This document shows positions 5,882-14,143 of a DNA stretch of 32,000 bases, piece after piece (the first letter of the stretch is position 1; every line of letters begins with the position of its first letter). Under the pieces are notes generated by a model. It was not told where the DNA came from. It did no database searches and was given only the letters and a program-made list of their open reading frames with translations. A program made the position numbers and the translations under genes. This DNA comes from Candidatus Iainarchaeum sp. (GTDB taxonomy: Archaea > Iainarchaeota > Iainarchaeia > Iainarchaeales > CSSED10-239), in contig JAQVTI010000010.1 in assembly GCA_028700115.1 (NCBI GenBank), positions 1 to 32,000 of the forward strand. Direction: 5' to 3'.

Positions 5882-8803
5882 ATGAATTTAAAAAATAAAG
5901 CTGGAATAATTCCTTTAGTAACAGGAGTAATAATTACTTTAATATCTATAATTATAGCAGGGATTATAATTTCATTTGCATCAGATTATTTTGGAAGTTT
6001 AGAAGACATACAAAATTATAATAATAACAAGAATAATTTAGAATATATTAATAATGTATTAAATGATTTATCAAGTAAAGGAGAAGGAAGTTATAAACTA
6101 ATAGATTTAGACCCTACAAATATTATAACATTTAATCAAACAGAAAATAACATTACAATTACACAAATTGTAAAAAATAATAATTTTTATAAAAAACAAG
6201 ATGAAAATAAACAAATTGGAAATTTAAATATTTCTAAAGAAAATATGAAATTAATTTTTACTTTAGACTTAAACAATATAGTTGATTTAAATAACTCAAT
6301 AGATATTACAAGTACAAGACAAAAAGTTAAATTTGAAGTAGCTGATGATTCTTCTAGTTCTTTTAAAATTGCAGTTAATAGAGAAGATGCAGTAGTTTCT
6401 GAAGAAATACAAATTATTTTAGAAGATGCAAGTCCTGCTCTTTCAAATGTTTCTTCAGGGACCTATTATTCCGAACAAACAATTACTTTAACCTCTTTAA
6501 CTGAAAGTTCTACAATTTATTATACTTTAGATGGATCAACACCTACTGATTCTTCAACAGAATATACAACTTCATTTTCTTTAACAGAAACAACTACTCT
6601 AAAAACAATAACTTATAAAGAAAATTATAATCCTTCAGAAATTACAACTTATACTTACACAATAGATATACCAACTGAACCTACTGTTTATAACCAACTA
6701 TTATTTTCAAGTGAAGGCAATGATACAACTGATGAAAACTTAGAAATAAGTTTTAGTTCAATTTCTCCAGGAGGGGTAGACACATATATAATTACAGATT
6801 GGAGAAAAGACAATAGTTCAATGTGGCTTATAAACACACCTTTTGATAAACAAGTATCAGGATATACCTCTGGAAATATTAAAAGTTATACAAGTTATGG
6901 AACAACATATAATGGAACTTTAGGTGCAGGATATTCTACAAGAACACCTACATGGACAACTACAAATTGTCCTTTAGGGGGTTGCTATAATTTTGATGGA
7001 AGTGATGATTACATATCATTTGGAAATGGAAGTTTATATAATAATAAATATTTTACAACATGTGTATATATTAGACCAGACACAGTAAATAAACAACAAG
7101 GACTATTTGGACAATATGATAATCACGGAGTATATAGATATAGAGTCTATTTAAATTCAAATAATAAAATATATTTTGAAGTAGGATGTGATTATTCAAG
7201 TCCAGAATGTAGTTCTGGATGGAAAACTACAATATATTCAAATAAAACAATAAGCGCAGGAGAAACAGCATATGTTTGTGTTACATATGATGAACAATAT
7301 GCCAAAATATATATTAATGGAGACTTAGATAAATCACAAGCAGAAACTAGGCATATAGGGGCAGGATATCTTAATTATTTAGGCACAAATACATATACTC
7401 CTTCAGTTATAAAATATTCTGTATCATATACATTTGATGGAATCTTAGATGAATTTCTTGTAAAAGATACTGCCTATTCTGCAGAACAAATTAAACAAAT
7501 GTATACAGATTTAGAATCTGGAAAACATATAAACTCAATTGCTTCTCAAGAAACAGGAAGTGATGAACAATGGAGTGTTTATTTAACACCAACTGATCTT
7601 ACAGATGAAGGAACTACAAAAGTTACAAATAATTTATATGTAGATGAAATACTAACTCCTCCTTTATCTAATTATCCTTCAGCTACATATTTTGATTCTT
7701 CAATTGATGTAAATTTATTTACTCTAAGAACAGGAAACACAATTTATTATACAACAGATGGATCAACTCCAACAGACTCATCAACTGAGTTTACAGATTT
7801 AATAAATATTTCAGAAGACATTACTCTAAAAGCAATTAACTATAAAGGAAGTCTGACACCTTCAAGTGTTTCTACATTTAATTATTCTTTTGCAACTTTA
7901 GATTTATCAAATATTTTATTATCTTCAAGTTCTGATACAAACACATCTAGTGAAGATTTAAATATAACATATACAATAAACAACCCTAATAGCTATACAG
8001 ATGTAACAGTTATTACAGATTGGAAAAAGAATGGAAACTCAATTGCTGTTTTAAATATGCCTTTTGATGTAAATATATCTAATTCAAATTATAAAAATGT
8101 AAAAGATTATTCAGATAATTTAAATCATGCAACTCTTGGAGATGGAGATAGTAATAACTCACCTACTTGGACAAACTCATCTAGTTGTAAGGTTGGAGGA
8201 TGTTATGATTTTGATGGGGTAAATGATACAATAAATATAGAAAATGAAAGTGATTTTGATTTTACAAATGCATTTACATTATCTGCATGGATATATCCTA
8301 GAGACTTAACTGCTTCAAAAGCAATATTTAGAAAAGACTCTGCATATATATTATATTTATCTACAGGTTTAGATTTATATAACTGGGCAGATTCAACAAG
8401 ACTTATTTGTGATATATCAAATATAACTGTAAATACATGGCAATTAGTTACTGCTACTTGGGATGGAACTACTAAGAAAATATATGTAGATGGAACTTTG
8501 TGTAATTCTCTTACAGATTCAACAAATTTTAATACAACTGATAATGATATAAGAATAGGATCTTCTTCAACAGTAGGTATGAATTTTGATGGGTTAATTG
8601 ATGAAGCTTTAGTTTTAGATTTTGCACTTACACAAGATCAAATTACTGCTCTTTATAATGCAGGTGTTGCAGGAAAACATTTAGAAACAATTGATTCAAG
8701 TGAAACAACTTCTGGAGAAGAATGGAGTGCAAATTTATTTGTTACAACTAATCAGTCTTCAAAAAGTGCAGACGAATCAAATAGCATAACTATCTTACCT
8801 TAG
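5882..8803 (+). CDS. large type IV pilin-like adhesin: class III signal peptide plus two tandem (CHB_HEX_C-like + LamG) modules
   Basis: N-terminus: MNLKNKAG|IIPLVTGVIITLISIIIAGIIISF. Two paralogous modules follow. Each has a motif GTYYSEQTITL...IYYTLDGSTPTDSSTEY / ATYFDSSIDVNL...IYYTTDGSTPTDSSTEF (chitobiase/hexosaminidase C-terminal-like). Next comes ITDWRKDNSSMWLINTPFD / ITDWKKNGNSIAVLNMPFD. Then a LamG-like GGCYNFDGSDDYISF...ILDEFLV / GGCYDFDGVNDTINI...LIDEALV, and finally EQWSVYLTPTD / EEWSANLFVTT. Confidence 0.75.
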   Translation: MNLKNKAGIIPLVTGVIITLISIIIAGIIISFASDYFGSLEDIQNYNNNKNNLEYINNVLNDLSSKGEGSYKLIDLDPTNIITFNQTENNITITQIVKNNNFYKKQDENKQIGNLNISKENMKLIFTLDLNNIVDLNNSIDITSTRQKVKFEVADDSSSSFKIAVNREDAVVSEEIQIILEDASPALSNVSSGTYYSEQTITLTSLTESSTIYYTLDGSTPTDSSTEYTTSFSLTETTTLKTITYKENYNPSEITTYTYTIDIPTEPTVYNQLLFSSEGNDTTDENLEISFSSISPGGVDTYIITDWRKDNSSMWLINTPFDKQVSGYTSGNIKSYTSYGTTYNGTLGAGYSTRTPTWTTTNCPLGGCYNFDGSDDYISFGNGSLYNNKYFTTCVYIRPDTVNKQQGLFGQYDNHGVYRYRVYLNSNNKIYFEVGCDYSSPECSSGWKTTIYSNKTISAGETAYVCVTYDEQYAKIYINGDLDKSQAETRHIGAGYLNYLGTNTYTPSVIKYSVSYTFDGILDEFLVKDTAYSAEQIKQMYTDLESGKHINSIASQETGSDEQWSVYLTPTDLTDEGTTKVTNNLYVDEILTPPLSNYPSATYFDSSIDVNLFTLRTGNTIYYTTDGSTPTDSSTEFTDLINISEDITLKAINYKGSLTPSSVSTFNYSFATLDLSNILLSSSSDTNTSSEDLNITYTINNPNSYTDVTVITDWKKNGNSIAVLNMPFDVNISNSNYKNVKDYSDNLNHATLGDGDSNNSPTWTNSSSCKVGGCYDFDGVNDTINIENESDFDFTNAFTLSAWIYPRDLTASKAIFRKDSAYILYLSTGLDLYNWADSTRLICDISNITVNTWQLVTATWDGTTKKIYVDGTLCNSLTDSTNFNTTDNDIRIGSSSTVGMNFDGLIDEALVLDFALTQDQITALYNAGVAGKHLETIDSSETTSGEEWSANLFVTTNQSSKSADESNSITILP

Positions 8804-8861
8804 AATAATAACACATAATAATTTAAATTAAAATTTATAAAAAAACAAAATGTGAACAAAA

Positions 8862-9428
8862 ATGATACCTACAGAAAAACAAGCAATTGAAATTCTTAAA
8901 AAATATATTAAAGGAAAAGCTAATTTAGAACATAATTTAATTGTTGGATATGGAATGAAAGGAATTTCTAAATTTCTTGGAAAAAAAGAAGATGAACAAA
9001 ATAGATTTTTTGTAATTGGTACTCTTCATGATATTGATTTAGAAAAATACAATGGAAATATAAAAAATCATTGTGTAGTTGGAGAAGAAATCTTAAATAA
9101 AGAAAATATAGATAAAGAAATCATTAGAACAATTAAAACACATAATGAAATTTTAGGAATAAAAAAAGAAAAAGAAGAAGACCATTTACTTTTCTCAATA
9201 GATGGGCTTTCTGGAATTATTAGAGCATATGTTTTAATGAGACCAGATAGAGATATTACACAAGCTAAACTTAAATCTATTAAAAAAAAACTAAAAGACA
9301 AAGGATTTGCTGCAAATGTTTCTAGAGAAGAAATATATTATGCTCCTGATCTTTTAAAAATTGAAAGAGACAAATTTATTGAAGCTGTTTTAGAAGAAGT
9401 TAAAAACAATATGGACTTTAGAGAATGA
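8862..9428 (+). CDS. HD-superfamily metal-dependent phosphohydrolase
   Basis: LEHNLIVGYGMKGISKFLG...IGTLHDIDLEKY...HCVVGEEIL...IKTHN shows the H...HD...H...H spacing typical of small stand-alone HD hydrolases. Confidence 0.6.
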   Translation: MIPTEKQAIEILKKYIKGKANLEHNLIVGYGMKGISKFLGKKEDEQNRFFVIGTLHDIDLEKYNGNIKNHCVVGEEILNKENIDKEIIRTIKTHNEILGIKKEKEEDHLLFSIDGLSGIIRAYVLMRPDRDITQAKLKSIKKKLKDKGFAANVSREEIYYAPDLLKIERDKFIEAVLEEVKNNMDFRE

Positions 9429-9434
9429 TTAAAA

Positions 9435-9707
9435 ATGGCAAAACCAATTAATATTAATTGTAGAAAACAAATACCTACTCTAAAAATTAAAGAACTTAAA
9501 AAAGTTTATAATAAATTAGGATTTGTAGAAGACGAACAAAGACATAGACATATTATTTTTAAAGATAAAAATGGAAAACAACTTATCTTAATGAAAGGAC
9601 AAAAAGACATACCTTCAGGTACATTAATGCAAATAATTACAGAAATGGCAAAAGAAACAGGAAAAACTAAAAAAGAAATAATTGAGTTTATTATGAAACA
9701 TAAATAA
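9435..9707 (+). CDS. HicA-like (YcfA family) putative mRNA interferase
   Basis: LKIKELKKVYNKLGFVEDEQRHRHIIFKDKNGKQLILMKGQKDIPSGTLMQIITEMA matches the HicA layout: K-x-K-E-L-x-K-x-L-x-x-x-G-F, a His-containing strand, then ...IP-x-G-T-L-x-x-I. It starts 6 nt after the HD gene. No HicB-like partner was seen. Confidence 0.5.
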   Translation: MAKPININCRKQIPTLKIKELKKVYNKLGFVEDEQRHRHIIFKDKNGKQLILMKGQKDIPSGTLMQIITEMAKETGKTKKEIIEFIMKHK

Positions 9708-9731
9708 ACTCTTTTTAACAAATTTTACAAA

Positions 9732-11132
9732 CTATTTAGAAGAAAGTGCAATATGCACATCATCTAATTGTTTTTCGAATACCTCATTTGGAGCATTTTC
9801 CATTAAAGAAACACCTGACTTTGTTTTTGGAAAGGCTATGAAGTCTTTTATTGAGTCTTTTCCTTTAAGTAGCATCAAAAGTCTATCAATACCTATTGCA
9901 AAACCACCATGTGGAGGAGCTCCAAAAGTAAAGGCATCTAATAAGAAACCAAACTTGTTTCTTGCTTCTTTATCTGAAAGACCTAATATATTAAATATAT
10001 TTTTTTGTTTTAAAGGATCATGTATTCTGATCCCCCCAGAACCAAGCTCAACACCATTTAAAACAAGATCAAAACTTTCTGAGTCTAGTTTTAGATAATC
10101 TTCTTTAGTTTTACAAGAATCTAATTTTTCCCATGAATCCTCAGTTGCTTGAGTAAATGGATGATGAGCAGAAACTACTCTATTTTCAGTTTCATTCATT
10201 TCAAATAATGGGAAGTTATCAACCCATACAAATGCAAACTCTTTAGGATCATTTGTATCTTTTCTTGTATCTGGTTTATCACATTTATATTTTTCCATAG
10301 ACTCTTTATATGAGATATGTGGAAAAGGAGTTTTTAGATCAACATCTAAAACCTCTTTAAACATTACTTTTAGCATATCTTCAAAAAGCTCTTGAATATC
10401 TTCCTTTGTAATAAATGACATCTCTAAATCTAATTGAGTAAACTCAGGTTGCCTGTCTCCTCTTAAATCTTCATCTCTTAGACATTTTGCTAATTGGTAA
10501 TATCTATCAAAACCAGCAACCATTAAACTTTGTTTGTAAACTTGAGGAGATTGCGGAAGAGAATAAAACATATGTTTATGAATTCTACTTGGAACTATAA
10601 AATCTCTTGCTCCTTCAGGAGTACTTCTACAAAGCATAGGTGTATCTACATCTAAAAACTTTTTAGAATCTAAATATTTTCTAATTGAAGAAATTACTTT
10701 TTGTTTAAAAATAAAAGTATCTGTCATTTCTTTTCTTCTTAGATCTAAATATCTGTATTTTAATCTAGTTTCTTCATTTGCTTTTAATTCTCCAGAAACT
10801 TCAACAGGTAAATCTTTACATTTATTTAAAACTTCTATTTCTTTTGTTAAAACTTCAATTTCACCAGTCTCAAGATTAGGATTTATTTTTGGTTTTACTT
10901 GAACATCTCCTTTTATCTTAATTACATATTCACTTTTTAGATCTGCTAAAAAATCTAGCTTTTCAATTAAGTCTTTTAAAATTATAACTTGAGTAATTCC
11001 ATATCTATCTCTTAGATCAATAAACATTATGTTTTTTCCTGCTTTTCTTACAGAATTTATCCAACCACATAAAATTACTTCTTTATTTTCATCATCTTTT
11101 CTAAGTTCACCACATGTATGTGTTCTAAGCAT
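9732..11132 (-). CDS. aspS: aspartyl-tRNA synthetase, bacterial-type sequence without the GAD insertion domain
   Basis: MLRTHTCGELR...IMFIDLRDRYGITQVI; FLDVDTPMLCRSTPEGARDFIVPSR; FYSLPQSPQVYKQSLMVAGFDRYYQLAKCLRDEDLRGDRQPEFTQLDLEMSF; HHPFT; GSGGIRIH; FGAPPHGGFAIGIDRLLMLL...FIAFPKT. These are the class IIb motifs 1-3. Confidence 0.92.
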   Translation of the reverse strand: MLRTHTCGELRKDDENKEVILCGWINSVRKAGKNIMFIDLRDRYGITQVIILKDLIEKLDFLADLKSEYVIKIKGDVQVKPKINPNLETGEIEVLTKEIEVLNKCKDLPVEVSGELKANEETRLKYRYLDLRRKEMTDTFIFKQKVISSIRKYLDSKKFLDVDTPMLCRSTPEGARDFIVPSRIHKHMFYSLPQSPQVYKQSLMVAGFDRYYQLAKCLRDEDLRGDRQPEFTQLDLEMSFITKEDIQELFEDMLKVMFKEVLDVDLKTPFPHISYKESMEKYKCDKPDTRKDTNDPKEFAFVWVDNFPLFEMNETENRVVSAHHPFTQATEDSWEKLDSCKTKEDYLKLDSESFDLVLNGVELGSGGIRIHDPLKQKNIFNILGLSDKEARNKFGFLLDAFTFGAPPHGGFAIGIDRLLMLLKGKDSIKDFIAFPKTKSGVSLMENAPNEVFEKQLDDVHIALSSK

Positions 11133-11281
11133 TTAAAATCACCTTAAATATAATATATATTATATAGAAAAGTGTTTATAAAAATACTTGTTTTTAATAG
11201 AAAATAGATATAATCTTTTAATAAAAAAGAATAATTTATATATAGTCTATTAGTAAAAGACAATATCCATATTAAAAAAAA

Positions 11282-12379
11282 CTAAAATAAAGAGAAAAAG
11301 AAATTTTTTAAAATATCAAAAATATAAACTTCAGTAAAAACTCCAACAAATAAGAAACCAATTGCAAAAGCTAATAAAATAAAACAATATTTTATAATAT
11401 TAATAAATCTATCAGACTCAATTTTTTCCTTAGAAATTCCAACTGAAAGCAAATTACCACTCATTGCTCCTAAAAAATAAGATATTATTTCTAAAATCAT
11501 ATGTGGCAAAACACTTAAAAGTAAAGGAATTAGGAATGCAAAAAATCCAGTTTGATAAAACAAAGCATAAGTTAAAGAATATTGAGTAAAAACAACACCC
11601 CAGTAAACTGCATTCCAAACAATTATTAAAATTGCCCCTAATGGAAACACTAAGGCAATTATTAAAGCAACAAGCATTACTGAGAAATTATTTACAAAAA
11701 TATCTAAAAATACAGATTGTTTTGATTGGTTTGAAAAACCTATATCTTTTGATGGAAGTAAAGAATCATTCCAACCATTTGAAGAAAATAAAGATGAAGA
11801 ATATTCTTGAGGAATAAAAGCTACTAAAGAAATTACAACTAGAAATATTCCTAAAAAAAAATTTAAATAAACAGAAAGAATTTCTTTATTTTCATAATAT
11901 AATTGTTTAAAAGAAAGATCAATTTTATTTGAAAAACTAGGTTTAAATTTAAATAAAGTTATACCTTTACTTTCTACTCTCTCTGTTCTTCCAACTAAAA
12001 GTTCATTATATCTTATTTGCTTTTGTATAAATGGAGCTAGAAACAAAGTTGTTAAAAAAACAGCAAAAACACCTGGGTTGTTTGGAAAAAGTAAAATTGC
12101 AAAACAAAAACCTACCATTGTTCCTAAAATTGCAAAATAAAGAGACTTTAAATTTCTAGGCAAATCATCTGCTAATCTTTCAGGTATACTTTTTATATAA
12201 TCTAAAATCTCTAAAAATTTGTTTTTTACAATATGCTTTTTTGGTCTAAAAGCTTTACTATAATCATGATTATTCTTTTTTTTCTTTTTTGGTTTTTCTG
12301 AAAAACCATCTAAACCTTCTGAGAAACTTATATTTGTATTTAACTCTTTTAAAGACATTTTAGATTTTTTTAAAGCCAT
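11282..12379 (-). CDS. polytopic membrane protein, SpoIIM/DUF95-like
   Basis: Several TM helices. FLDIFVNNFSVMLVALIIALVFPLGAILIIVWNAVYWGVV and LPHMILEIISYFLGAMSGNLL resemble the SpoIIM family signatures (N-N-x-x-V... N-G-x-x-x-G; P-H-G-I-x-E-I/L-x-A). There is a long basic N-terminal extension. Confidence 0.5.
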   Translation of the reverse strand: MALKKSKMSLKELNTNISFSEGLDGFSEKPKKKKKNNHDYSKAFRPKKHIVKNKFLEILDYIKSIPERLADDLPRNLKSLYFAILGTMVGFCFAILLFPNNPGVFAVFLTTLFLAPFIQKQIRYNELLVGRTERVESKGITLFKFKPSFSNKIDLSFKQLYYENKEILSVYLNFFLGIFLVVISLVAFIPQEYSSSLFSSNGWNDSLLPSKDIGFSNQSKQSVFLDIFVNNFSVMLVALIIALVFPLGAILIIVWNAVYWGVVFTQYSLTYALFYQTGFFAFLIPLLLSVLPHMILEIISYFLGAMSGNLLSVGISKEKIESDRFINIIKYCFILLAFAIGFLFVGVFTEVYIFDILKNFFFSLF

Positions 12380-12429
12380 AATAATTTATGAACACAGAAA
12401 CTTATAAAAAGAGAACTTTTTATTTAAAA

Positions 12430-13650
12430 TTATTTTTTATTTAAGTACAACCGATGTATTTTTTCTCGTGTTATATATTCTTTTATTTTATCTTCAAAAT
12501 CTTTTGAGAAAAAATTAGATTTAAATAAATCTGAAAATTTATATATAGAAATATCTGAAACTAAATCTAAAAAATTATTATCTTTTAAAAAAGTTTCAAG
12601 ATCTTTTCTTTTGTCTGTATTTTTTAAAGGAAGCTTAATTGAATCATATTCTTTAACTAACATATTTTTATTAGTTCCAAATAATTTTTCTAAATTATTT
12701 TCCTTTGAATAATTAATAATTGCTTCTTTTAATAAAGCAAGCTCTTTATCTATATCTTTTGTAATCTCTAACTTTTTTTCAGAAAGCTCTTGATATTTAT
12801 CAACTAAAGTAACACCTTTTTCTTTTAAATATTTATTTTCTAAAACAGGTTCTTGTTTGTCCAAAAAATCATGTTTTTTTAAAGGACAAATAGTTCTAAA
12901 TGAACACCAGTCACATAAAGCAGATGGCTTTGCAGGAAAATAATCTTTTTCCTTTGCATCCTCTATATCTCTTATATTTTCAATTACTTCTTTTTCTAAA
13001 AGACTTAATTGTTCATCTGTTCTATAAGAAGTTTGTTTGATTCCAGCAGATAAAAAATACCAAGAAAGAGATATTTCTTTAACAAAAGGATATAATTTCT
13101 TAATTGCAATCATATATATTGCAAGTTGTCTATCTTTGTCAACTTCTTCTTGAGTTTTTGCTTGTGCATTTGTTTTATAATCTCCAATTTCTATGTGGTC
13201 TTTTGAAATTAATGCAAGCTTATCAATATACCCTACAAGATTATATGTTTTGTCTTTAACAGAATCATAAAAAGAAATTGTAATTTCTTGTTCTAAACCT
13301 AATGTCTTTGCTTGGTCAAAAGGCTTATATTGATTATAATAATTTATTAAATATTTTTCACCAGTCTCTCTGTAATTTTCAATTACAAAACCATCTCTTA
13401 TGATTTCAACTTTTTCTTCAGAATAACTTTCTTTAAAAAGAGAATTATAATATTCTAAAACTTCTTCAATTGTGTTTAATTTATTATATTTTAGATCCTT
13501 ATATAATTTTTCTAAAGTATCATGAACCATTGAACCCATAAATGCTTCTGCATTTTGTTTCTTTTTAATATCTGGTTTTTCTATATAGTTATATTTAAAC
13601 TGCAGAGGGCATGTTTTAAAAGTTTCAATTGAAGAATGTGAATATCTCAT
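12430..13650 (-). CDS. PD-(D/E)XK nuclease, Cas4/RecB/AddB-nuclease-like, with a Cys cluster
   Basis: N-terminal YSHSSIETFKTCPLQFKYNYI; GYIDKL...IGDYKT (D...D/E-x-K core); QLAIYMIA; C-terminal cluster CDWCSFRTICP. One N-terminal Cys plus CxxCxxxxxC is the Cas4-type 4Fe-4S pattern. About 130 extra C-terminal residues have unknown function. Confidence 0.7.
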   Translation of the reverse strand: MRYSHSSIETFKTCPLQFKYNYIEKPDIKKKQNAEAFMGSMVHDTLEKLYKDLKYNKLNTIEEVLEYYNSLFKESYSEEKVEIIRDGFVIENYRETGEKYLINYYNQYKPFDQAKTLGLEQEITISFYDSVKDKTYNLVGYIDKLALISKDHIEIGDYKTNAQAKTQEEVDKDRQLAIYMIAIKKLYPFVKEISLSWYFLSAGIKQTSYRTDEQLSLLEKEVIENIRDIEDAKEKDYFPAKPSALCDWCSFRTICPLKKHDFLDKQEPVLENKYLKEKGVTLVDKYQELSEKKLEITKDIDKELALLKEAIINYSKENNLEKLFGTNKNMLVKEYDSIKLPLKNTDKRKDLETFLKDNNFLDLVSDISIYKFSDLFKSNFFSKDFEDKIKEYITREKIHRLYLNKK

Positions 13651-13738
13651 AATTTATCATATTTTTAAATATCTAAATAAATTATAGTAAAAAGAGTTTA
13701 TATTGTTTTTGTAGGAGTTAATGACCGTAAAAAAAAGT

Positions 13739-13798
13739 TTTCTCGACCAGACGCCCTGCTTGAAAATAGATATATTCTTCCTTGACTATAAATATATA
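13739..13798 (+). repeat. copy A of a 60-nt imperfect direct repeat (GC-rich core plus TATA-like end)
   Basis: tttctcgaccagacgccctgcttgaaaatagatatattcttccttgactataaatatata aligns at a constant offset of 735 nt with 14474-14533. I count 6 mismatches in 60. Confidence 0.85.
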
Positions 13799-13841
13799 AG
13801 GATTCTAAATGAAAGAAGCAATTATAAACACAAAGAAAAGC

Positions 13842-13863
13842 TTATATATCAATTGATATATAA
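13842..13863. promoter_or_regulatory. perfect 22-nt palindrome, candidate operator/TATA region of the wHTH-toxin operon
   Basis: ttatatatcaattgatatataa is its own reverse complement. It ends 7 nt before the ATG at 13871. Confidence 0.4.
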
Positions 13864-13870
13864 AATATAT

Positions 13871-14143
13871 ATGGTGAAAAATAAAAAAACTAAAATAAGA
13901 TCACCTACATTAGATACAGTATTTATGATTGAAAAAAATATAGAAAAATACAGTGGTACTTATAACAAAACAAAATTATGGAAAATACTACCAAAAAAAG
14001 TAATGTGGCAAACATACACACTAATTTTAGATTATTTAAAAAATATTAATAAAATTGCTTATGATAAAGAAAATAAAATAGCCTATATATGGAATCCAAA
14101 ACTTGCAAAAAAGCTTAATTCTAGAAAGGAAATTAAAATATGA
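13871..14143 (+). CDS. small putative DNA-binding protein (winged-helix-like), antitoxin candidate
   Basis: 90 aa from ATG 13871 (MVKNKKTKIRSPTLDTVFMIEKNIEKYSGTYNKTKLWKILPKKVMWQTYTLILDYLKNINKIAYDKENKIAYIWNP...). Its stop overlaps the next gene's start (ATGA at 14140-14143). The fold assignment is tentative. Confidence 0.45.
   Translation: MVKNKKTKIRSPTLDTVFMIEKNIEKYSGTYNKTKLWKILPKKVMWQTYTLILDYLKNINKIAYDKENKIAYIWNPKLAKKLNSRKEIKI

Noticed and set aside
13721-13870. The 50-codon N-terminal extension of ORF 13721-14143, which reads across repeat copy A.
   Set aside because: The extension crosses the 60-nt repeat and the 22-nt palindrome in a frame different from the one showing silent substitutions. 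The ATG at 13871 gives a compact 90-aa protein directly after the promoter-like dyad.
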